A stretch of 42,569 bases of DNA from Thermoanaerobaculia bacterium (GTDB lineage Bacteria; Acidobacteriota; Thermoanaerobaculia; Multivoradales; JAHEKO01), in assembly GCA_041575955.1 (NCBI GenBank), contig JBFGLX010000001.1, positions 1 through 42,569 on the forward strand, given 5' to 3'. Position 1 is the stretch's first letter, and each line of letters opens with the position of its first letter. The notes below the pieces were generated by a model. That model was not told the DNA's origin and ran no database searches. It was given only the letters and a program-made list of their open reading frames with translations. A program made the position numbers and the translations under genes. Positions 36,552-42,569 of the stretch are shown here, piece by piece.

Positions 36552-37469
36552 ATGCGATTGGATCGACGCACGAATCAGAGCTTCGCCACCCGGATTCTCG
36601 GGCTGATCACCTGCGGCGTGGTCCTGCTCGGCGGCTGGGCGGGCACGCGCGGGGCGGCGCTGGCGGCGGAGCCGGCGCCCGCCGGTGACGTCTGCCCCTT
36701 GTCCACGCCACCGGTCGACTACGAACCGGAGCCGGTGGAGCAGGAACAGGACCGCATCTTCATGCTGCTCGCCTACGCCGTGGTGTACAAGGACTGGCAG
36801 ACCGAGAGCTGGCCGCCGAGAGGCTCGGACGGGCCGCGCGCGCGCGGCTACAACATCGGATCGGTGCTGGTAAACGCCGAGACCAAACGGCCCGTCTGCT
36901 GGGCGCGCAACAACGTCATCCGCCTGCTCAACGGCACCCAGCACGGCGAGGTCCGCCTGATCACGAACTACCTGCACAACAACCGACATACGACCAAGGT
37001 GGGCGGCCACAGCGGCAGCTACAAGCTCTACACCTCGCTCGAGCCGTGCGTGATGTGCAGCGGGATGATGACCATGCAGCAGCTGGCGGTCACCATCTAC
37101 GGCCAGACCGATCCGAGCTTCGGCAAGGCCCTCGAGCGGCTCGAGGTCAACACCAAGACCGCTCTGCCCCACGGCTACTGTCCCTATCCCTGGCCGGTGC
37201 GCTCCATCCTGTCGGACGTCGACTACGCCAAGCGTCTCGACGAAACCTACGACCAGCTGCGCGCGCACCACGTGAACCTCACGACCTTCCTGAAGATGGA
37301 AGAGGCTCGGCAGATCTACGCAGCGGCCACCGCCGAGCTCGAGAGCTACCAGTTGCGCTTTCCCGAGGAGAACGCGGAGGTGCTGCTGGCCGCCCAGAGG
37401 TACCTCGAGGCGGTGCCGGACCATTTTGTCAATCTCCCGTATTCCGAGGCCTGCCCGGGCGGCAGCTGA
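36552..37469 (+). CDS. Signal-peptide-bearing cytidine/deoxycytidylate-deaminase-fold zinc protein (TadA/guanine-deaminase-like core + about 130-aa C-terminal extension)
   Basis: 305 aa. N-terminus MRLDRRTNQSFATRILGLITCGVVLLGGWAGTRGAALA-AE. Zn-site motifs HGEVRL (H131/E133) and TSLEPCVMCSGMM (C166/C169), at nt 36942-37058. Confidence 0.75.
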   Translation: MRLDRRTNQSFATRILGLITCGVVLLGGWAGTRGAALAAEPAPAGDVCPLSTPPVDYEPEPVEQEQDRIFMLLAYAVVYKDWQTESWPPRGSDGPRARGYNIGSVLVNAETKRPVCWARNNVIRLLNGTQHGEVRLITNYLHNNRHTTKVGGHSGSYKLYTSLEPCVMCSGMMTMQQLAVTIYGQTDPSFGKALERLEVNTKTALPHGYCPYPWPVRSILSDVDYAKRLDETYDQLRAHHVNLTTFLKMEEARQIYAAATAELESYQLRFPEENAEVLLAAQRYLEAVPDHFVNLPYSEACPGGS

Positions 37470-37624
37470 TGGCGCCGGTCCCGTGATCACCGCGCTCACG
37501 CGGGACGGCTGACCCGAGGACCGGTCCGGATTCCCGCCGCGAGCGGCTCGAAGCTCCCCGGCCGGCGTCGCGGCTCCCTGACGGAGCCCGGCCGGCGTCG
37601 CGTCAGTTGGTATCCTGGGATCTC

Positions 37625-39244
37625 ATGACCGAAAGAGAGAAACGCTGGCTGCCGCCGCTCTCGGGCCGCGGCAGGATCGCGGGATGGATCACCTGGGCTC
37701 TGCTCCTGACGGTGCTCGGGGCCATCGTCTGGCTGCAGACCGGCGACCCGTTCGGCGACCGCGGCAGCGCCAACGCCATGACGATGATTACGACGGCGCT
37801 CCTCGTCGTGATCTGGCTGGTCTGGTTCCTGCTCGGCAGCGGCCAGGTCTGGTGGCTGCGGCTCGTGCCGCTGGTCCTGGTCGTCGCCGGGGGCTGGGCG
37901 TTCTCCACCTTCTTTCGCTTCGAGGAGGTTTCGGGCGACTTCCGGCCCCGCTTCGTGCCGCGCGCGGCGGAGAAGCCCGACCGCCGGCTGGAGCCGCCGG
38001 CCGCGACCGGCGCTGCCGGCGTCGACCTCGCGAGCACCGGCGGGCACGACTTCCCGCAGTTCCTGGGGCCGGGGCGCGACCTGGTGGTCGACGGCGTCGA
38101 GCTGGCCCGCGACTGGCGCGCGCGGCCTCCGGAGCCGCTCTGGCGGCAGCCGATCGGCGCCGGCTGGTCGGGCTTCGCGGTGGTCAACGGCTACGCGTTG
38201 ACCATGGAGCAGCGCGGCGACCACGAGCTGGTCACCTGCTACGACGCCGAGACCGGAGCGCTCCGCTGGGCGCATGCCACCGAGACCCGCTTCGACATGC
38301 CGGTCCCCGGCGCCGGTCCGCGCGCGACCCCTACCGTCGACGACGGACTGGTCTACGCGCAGGGCGCGACCGGCCGGCTGCTGGCGCTCGACGGCGCCAC
38401 CGGCGCGGTGGTGTGGGAGCGGGATCTGCTGGCCGAGTTCGGCATGAGCGCCGAGCAGGAGGCCGCGCAGCTCCCCTATGGGCGCTCGGGCTCGCCGCTG
38501 GTCGTCGACGACCTGGTGATCGTCCCGGGTGGCGGCCCGAGCGCCGAGCGGCGCGCGTCGCTGGTCGCCTACCACAAGAGGACCGGCGAGAAGGTCTGGG
38601 AAGGGGGGCGCGAGCAGATCAGCTGCAGCTCGCCGGCGGTCGCCACGCTCGGGGGCGTGCGCCAGGTGCTGATCGTCAACGAGTCGAGCGCCAGCGGCCA
38701 CGACGTCGAGACCGGCCGGGTGCTCTGGAGCTTCCCCCGCAAGGGGCGCTCGAACGCCGACGCCAACGTCTCCCAGGCGGTGCCGGTGCCGCCGGACAAG
38801 GTGTTCCTGTCCAAGGGCTACGCGGTCGGCGCCGCGCTCGTCCAGCTCGTCCCGAACGGCGACGGCACCTTCGAGGCCGAGGAGCTCTGGCAAGACTCCC
38901 GCGTGATGCGCACCAAGTTCACCAACGTCGCCATCCGCGACGGCTACGTCTACGGCCTCTCGGACGGGATTCTCGAGTCGATCGAGCTCGCCACCGGCGA
39001 GCGCATGTGGAAGGGCGGCCGCTACAAGCACGGCCAGGTGCTGCTGGTCGGAGACCTGCTCCTGGTGCTGTCCGAGTCGGGCGAGCTGTTCCTGGTCGAG
39101 GCGACGCCGGAGCGCCCGAACAGCGTCCTGGCCAGCTTCCAGGCCCTCGACGGCAAGACCTGGAACACCTTCGCCCTCTACGGCTCCCGCCTGCTGGTGC
39201 GCAACGGCCAGGAAGCTGCCTGCTACGAGCTGCCGCTGGTCTGA
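37625..39244 (+). CDS. Membrane-anchored PQQ-like (BamB/PQQ_2) beta-propeller repeat protein
   Basis: About 3 N-terminal TM helices are followed by repeated units: ETGALRWAH, DGLVYAQGATGRLLALDGATGAVVWE, TGEKVWE, ETGRVLWSF, DGYVYGLSDGILESIELATGERMWK. ATG 37625 chosen; TTG 37607 is possible. Confidence 0.8.
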   Translation: MTEREKRWLPPLSGRGRIAGWITWALLLTVLGAIVWLQTGDPFGDRGSANAMTMITTALLVVIWLVWFLLGSGQVWWLRLVPLVLVVAGGWAFSTFFRFEEVSGDFRPRFVPRAAEKPDRRLEPPAATGAAGVDLASTGGHDFPQFLGPGRDLVVDGVELARDWRARPPEPLWRQPIGAGWSGFAVVNGYALTMEQRGDHELVTCYDAETGALRWAHATETRFDMPVPGAGPRATPTVDDGLVYAQGATGRLLALDGATGAVVWERDLLAEFGMSAEQEAAQLPYGRSGSPLVVDDLVIVPGGGPSAERRASLVAYHKRTGEKVWEGGREQISCSSPAVATLGGVRQVLIVNESSASGHDVETGRVLWSFPRKGRSNADANVSQAVPVPPDKVFLSKGYAVGAALVQLVPNGDGTFEAEELWQDSRVMRTKFTNVAIRDGYVYGLSDGILESIELATGERMWKGGRYKHGQVLLVGDLLLVLSESGELFLVEATPERPNSVLASFQALDGKTWNTFALYGSRLLVRNGQEAACYELPLV

Positions 39245-39325
39245 CCTTCTCGAAAGGGGACGGGCCCAGGGGGTTGACGGCGGCCGGTTTGACGCTACGA
39301 TGGCGCCCCTGTTGCGGGAGCCGCC

Positions 39326-40048
39326 TTGGTCGTCAAGAAGATCGCAGCGTTCGATTTCGATCCCGGCGTCATCGTGGCCGGCAAGTACGAGATCGTCAGC
39401 CGGCTGGGGACCGGCTGGGAGGGTGAATCGTACCTGCTGCGCGAGCGCTCGACCCGCATCGAGCGGGCGGGAAAGTTCTTCTTTCCGCACCGCAATCCCG
39501 GCGACAGCTCGGCGCGGCGCTACGCCCGCAAGCTCCACAAGCTCGGGCGCTGTCCGATCATCATCGGGTACCACACGCGCGAGCGGGTCCGCTTCGACGG
39601 CGCGCTGGTCACCCTGCTGGTCTCCGAGTATGTAAGCGGCGAGCCGCTCGGCGCCTTCCTCGAGCGGCAGCCCGGCGGCCGGCTGCCGCCGTTCCAGGCG
39701 CTGCACCTGCTCCACGCCCTGGCCGCGGGCATGCAGTGCGTCCACCACCGCCGCGAGTACCACGGCGACCTGCACGAAGACAACATCATGGTCGACCGGT
39801 TCGGGCTCACGTTCGAGCTCAAGATCCTCGATCTCTTCAACCGCGGCCCGTTCAGCCGGGAGCGCGCCCAGGACGACCTGTGCGACCTGATCCGGCTCTT
39901 CTACGACGCCCTCGGCGGCCAGCGCCACTACGCCGCGCAGCCCCCGGCGGTCAAGGCGATCTGCCGCGGGCTCAAGCGCACGCTGATCCTGACGCGCTTC
40001 CCCTCCGTCGCCCGCCTGCTCGAGCACCTCGAGAGCCTGAGCTTCTGA
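39326..40048 (+). CDS. Small protein-kinase-like fold protein (atypical; Kdo/WaaP- or RIO-like size)
   Basis: 240 aa. Has a Gly loop (LGTGWEGESYL), a Lys (RAGKFF), the catalytic loop HGDLHEDNIMV, and ILDLF in place of DFG. TTG start. Confidence 0.65.
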   Translation: MVVKKIAAFDFDPGVIVAGKYEIVSRLGTGWEGESYLLRERSTRIERAGKFFFPHRNPGDSSARRYARKLHKLGRCPIIIGYHTRERVRFDGALVTLLVSEYVSGEPLGAFLERQPGGRLPPFQALHLLHALAAGMQCVHHRREYHGDLHEDNIMVDRFGLTFELKILDLFNRGPFSRERAQDDLCDLIRLFYDALGGQRHYAAQPPAVKAICRGLKRTLILTRFPSVARLLEHLESLSF

Positions 40049-40064
40049 GCCCTACTTGTCCCCC

Positions 40065-40925
40065 TTATTCGCGGGGCCACTTCATGAGCTCGCCCGGGCG
40101 GTCGATCTCGCCTTCGTAGGTGAGCGCCGGCGCGAGCAGCGGGTCGTCGAGCAGCTCGAGCACCGGACGCGGGCTGCCGTCGACCCAGGCCGTCGCCCAG
40201 ACCAGGCGCAGGCCGTGGCTGTAGTCGGCGTAGCGCGCGCCGTGGATGGTGCTCAGCGGCTGGATCGCATCGCCGGTCTCGCGATGCCAGCCGTAGATGG
40301 CGATCCGGTCGGGCCGCGTGCGCAGCCGGTTCGACAGCACGACGTCCTTCTTGTGGCCGGCGACGAGCCCGCCGCGGGGCAGGCCCGCGAGCTGCTCCTC
40401 GATGATTCGCTGGTGCTGCATGTAGTAGGCGCTCGAGCGCATCCTGGGCCCCGGGGGCAGCGGCCGGGGGTCGAGCTTGACGGCCGCCCGCTCGTAGATC
40501 TCGTCGACCAGCTTGCGGGTCGGCAAGACGAAGCCGAAGCGCCGGGCGATGGTGACCGCCGACGGCTGGGTCAACGGAATCCGCAGGAAGTCGTCCTCGG
40601 AGCCGATCGCCAGGTAGTCGGGCATCACCCAGAGGTCGATCTCCCGGACGCCCGCGCCGGTCTCGAACCGCAGGCGGACCGGCTGGAGCCGGCGCAGGAA
40701 GTCGGGCAGGTTGCCGCCGGTGAGCTCCTCCAGCGCCCTCGTCTGGCGCTCGCGCCCGGGCATTCCCGTGGTGCGGCGGGCGAACTCCGAGCCGCTGATC
40801 GCGCCTTCCGGGCGCGGCGGAATCGCCACCGGTGCCGGTGGCGGCCCGAGCTCGGCGGCCCGACCGGCGGCCGCCGGCAGCGCGAGGAGGACGGCGCAGA
40901 GCGCTGCGAGAGCACGCCGCTTCAT
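40065..40925 (-). CDS. Secreted hypothetical protein
   Basis: 286 aa from ATG 40925 (ATGA overlap with the upstream stop). Signal peptide: MKRRALAALCAVLLALPAAAG. High GC3. I do not recognise a domain. Confidence 0.7.
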   Translation of the reverse strand: MKRRALAALCAVLLALPAAAGRAAELGPPPAPVAIPPRPEGAISGSEFARRTTGMPGRERQTRALEELTGGNLPDFLRRLQPVRLRFETGAGVREIDLWVMPDYLAIGSEDDFLRIPLTQPSAVTIARRFGFVLPTRKLVDEIYERAAVKLDPRPLPPGPRMRSSAYYMQHQRIIEEQLAGLPRGGLVAGHKKDVVLSNRLRTRPDRIAIYGWHRETGDAIQPLSTIHGARYADYSHGLRLVWATAWVDGSPRPVLELLDDPLLAPALTYEGEIDRPGELMKWPRE

Positions 40926-41998
40926 CGGGGCTCCTCCCCCGCAGATCCGGCTTCGCAGGCGGGCTCGCCGGGGAGAGCCGAGACCGCCTGCGCAGCGATC
41001 GTCTTGCAGCAGCGGAAGCCGAGGTGGTAGTTGTGGTGGCTTTCGCGGTCCATCACCCGGCTGCCGTGCCAGTAGGGTGCCCGCCAACGGCACCAGTCCT
41101 CGTGGGCGCGGTACTTGTCCCAGATGAACCAGCTCCCTTTCATCTCGGTGTAGCCGTACTCGCGGCTGCCCCGGCTGGCCATCTGGCTCTCGGCCAGCGG
41201 CAGGTTCATGTGCTCGGCGGCGTTGCCGTTCAGGTCGTAGACCTCGAGCCGGCTGCGGCACTGCGGGAAGGAGCCCGCCGGATAGGTGTTCGAGCCGCAC
41301 TGTGTCCAGCTCCCGCCCTGGCAGTCCGGGCTCTTGGTGCTGTTGGCCGCGCACCGCCCGGCGGTCCACTCGGGGCCGTAGCTCCACGACTTGGTGGGCT
41401 CGTAGCGGCGGTTGTGCTCGGCGCGCATCGCCGCCACCGCCGCCGACGGGCTCGCGCCGCGCGCCAGATCGAAGCGGTAGTCGGGCGGCGTCAGGCTGCC
41501 GGCGCAGGCGCCCTCCCATTCGTGGGCGTCGCACAGCCGCTTGCCCAGCGCCTCGCAGATCTCGACCGCCTCGCGCGTCCGCACCCAGACCACCGGGTAG
41601 GTGCAAGGAATGTTCGGGAACTCGAACTGATCGATGCAGGCGGCCGCCTCCTCCGGCGTCTGGCTGGCCGGGTCGTAGAGCGGCGCCATGTAGCGGTCGC
41701 CGCAGATGCGCTCGAAGCGCGGGTTGTCGTAGCGAACGCCGCCGCGCTCGAGATTCGCCCGGCACTCCGCGGGCGTCTGCGGGTGCCGGGTGATCGCGGG
41801 ATTGCCCTGGGAGATGTAGCGCGAGCCCTGGAAGACCTGGCGCACCGCGGCGAGCTCGCCGGCGGTGAGCGAGTGAACCGTCGCCAGCTCCTCGAACAGG
41901 GCCTGGTTCTGCTCTTCGACCGACGCCGCGGCCACCGGTACGGCGCCGGCCACGCACAGCGCGGCCGCCAGAGCCGCCGGATAGCGACTCACTGTCAT
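40922..41998 (-). CDS. Secreted formylglycine-generating-enzyme-fold protein (FGE-sulfatase / SUMF1 / PvdO family)
   Basis: 358 aa with a signal peptide. Carries CIDQFEFPN..YPVVWVRTREAVEICEALGKRLCDAHEWEGACAG, LEVYDLNGNAAEHM, KGSWF and HLGFRCC. Confidence 0.85.
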   Translation of the reverse strand: MTVSRYPAALAAALCVAGAVPVAAASVEEQNQALFEELATVHSLTAGELAAVRQVFQGSRYISQGNPAITRHPQTPAECRANLERGGVRYDNPRFERICGDRYMAPLYDPASQTPEEAAACIDQFEFPNIPCTYPVVWVRTREAVEICEALGKRLCDAHEWEGACAGSLTPPDYRFDLARGASPSAAVAAMRAEHNRRYEPTKSWSYGPEWTAGRCAANSTKSPDCQGGSWTQCGSNTYPAGSFPQCRSRLEVYDLNGNAAEHMNLPLAESQMASRGSREYGYTEMKGSWFIWDKYRAHEDWCRWRAPYWHGSRVMDRESHHNYHLGFRCCKTIAAQAVSALPGEPACEAGSAGEEPR

Positions 41999-42569
41999 GG
42001 GTCCCTCCTTCGGGTGAGGTAGAAGAAGTCACGATTGTCGGCGAAGCCGACGAAGCGGGGCAGGTCCTGGCCCCCTTCGGATTTGTCGAGCACGACCATC
42101 TCGTCGATCAGGTGCTGGGTGAGGAACTCTCCGTTCCGCACCCGATAAAGCGCCAGGTAGGTGTGCTCGAGGGCGTTCATGTCCAGCATGAGGGCGTAAT
42201 CGCAGCCGTAGGCGAGGAAGACCGTCGCCATCGCGGATGGGGTGGCGCCCGAGAAGTAGCCGTAGATCAGGAACCGCCCGGTGTCGCGCTCCTGCAGGCA
42301 GAGCCCGGCGCGCAGGGTCCGGAGCCGCTGCTCCTGCGATCCGGACCAGTTGCCGTGCGCCCACCTGGGCACCATCGCACCCGGCCGCGGCTCGCCGCTC
42401 TCCGGATCGGGCTCCACCAGCGGCAGGCCGTTCTGCCGCGCGTGCTTGACGCGCCAGAGGTCCTCGTCGTCCGCAGCGCTCCAGGTCTTGAGCTCCACCA
42501 GCTCGCCGCGGTAGACGACCACGGTCGCGAGACCCGGCAGCAGCTTGCTGAGCAGGGTGCCGTGCTCGA
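41995..42569 (-). CDS. Hypothetical protein, 5'-truncated by the window edge
   Basis: The frame stays open to the window end (..EHGTLLSKLLPGLATVVVYRGELVELK..). High GC3. The stop overlaps the start of the FGE-like gene (ATGA). I do not recognise the family. Confidence 0.6.
   Translation of the reverse strand, partial: EHGTLLSKLLPGLATVVVYRGELVELKTWSAADDEDLWRVKHARQNGLPLVEPDPESGEPRPGAMVPRWAHGNWSGSQEQRLRTLRAGLCLQERDTGRFLIYGYFSGATPSAMATVFLAYGCDYALMLDMNALEHTYLALYRVRNGEFLTQHLIDEMVVLDKSEGGQDLPRFVGFADNRDFFYLTRRRDP

Noticed and set aside
37496-40027. An 843-aa minus-strand ORF spanning the propeller and kinase-like genes. Many similar long ORFs fall in the same class: 10395..12140, 10736..13120, 12820..14409, 14264..15457, 14409..15527, 15430..16548, 16739..17920, 17917..18963, 19137..20288, 19426..20646, 20300..21478, 20559..21569, 22830..24251, 28911..30194, 33803..35791, 35302..36606, 36468..37499, 37684..39426, 40056..41030 and 40832..42022.
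   Set aside because: The composition is dominated by R/A/G/P/D/H with no recognisable motifs. All overlap, on the opposite strand or out of frame, genes that have clear family signatures and high GC3. I treat them as shadow ORFs.
40922-41170. The possibility that the FGE/C-type-lectin-fold gene is a diversity-generating retroelement (DGR) target with a C-terminal variable region.
   Set aside because: There is no reverse transcriptase, no accessory gene and no second near-identical template-repeat copy of the 3' end anywhere in the window. The flanking intergenic spaces are too short to hold a template repeat.
1-42569. A search for mobile elements, prophage genes, CRISPR arrays, and toxin-antitoxin or known defence-system genes.
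   Set aside because: No transposase, integrase or recombinase motifs are present, and there are no inverted terminal repeats or regularly spaced direct repeats. GC content and codon bias are uniform apart from short promoter regions.

Overview
This is a high-GC (roughly 70%) bacterial chromosomal segment with no rRNA, tRNA, CRISPR array, transposase or integrase that I can see. I call 36 protein-coding genes. Most long ORFs in the six-frame track are antisense shadow ORFs of these genes, as expected at this GC content. I accepted genes on recognisable protein motifs, near-saturated G/C at third codon positions, and ATGA/GTGA stop-start coupling.

Layout:
(1) 141-4350: ubiX, recQ and a secreted repeat protein.
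(2) About 4.9-25 kb: a Wzx/Wzy-type exopolysaccharide (EPS) locus. It holds a Wzy/O-antigen-ligase-like polymerase, a GumC/Wzz co-polymerase, a Wza-like exporter, five GT4 glycosyltransferases, a Wzx flippase, a priming sugar-phosphate transferase and a GT-C/ArnT-like membrane transferase. It also holds sulfation genes (a pyruvate-kinase-like::ATP-sulfurylase fusion and a sulfotransferase) and a secreted pectate-lyase-fold enzyme.
(3) 25-29.6 kb: a membrane protein coupled to a TolB-like propeller, a bacterial archaemetzincin, a lipoprotein and a DinB-family protein.
(4) 29.7-31.6 kb: a sensor-less HisKA_3 histidine kinase, a NarL-type response regulator and a truncated receiver-only paralogue.
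(5) 32.0-37.5 kb: a tight four-gene operon. It encodes a secreted 571-aa protein with a single CxxCH, an SLDH-type small-subunit homologue, a GMC flavoenzyme with a 3Fe-4S-type Cys motif, and a signal-peptide-bearing cytidine-deaminase-fold protein.
(6) 37.6-42.6 kb: a membrane-anchored PQQ-like propeller, a mini protein-kinase-like gene, and a translationally coupled minus-strand operon (partial gene, FGE/SUMF1-like protein, secreted protein).

The most unusual items are:
- the PK::ATP-sulfurylase fusion inside the EPS locus;
- the atypical dehydrogenase/deaminase operon;
- a degenerate GGDEF-like module on the priming transferase;
- a 68-nt intergenic repeat with a hairpin that is conserved through G-U wobble changes.

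All functional calls come from motif recognition by eye. No database search was run.
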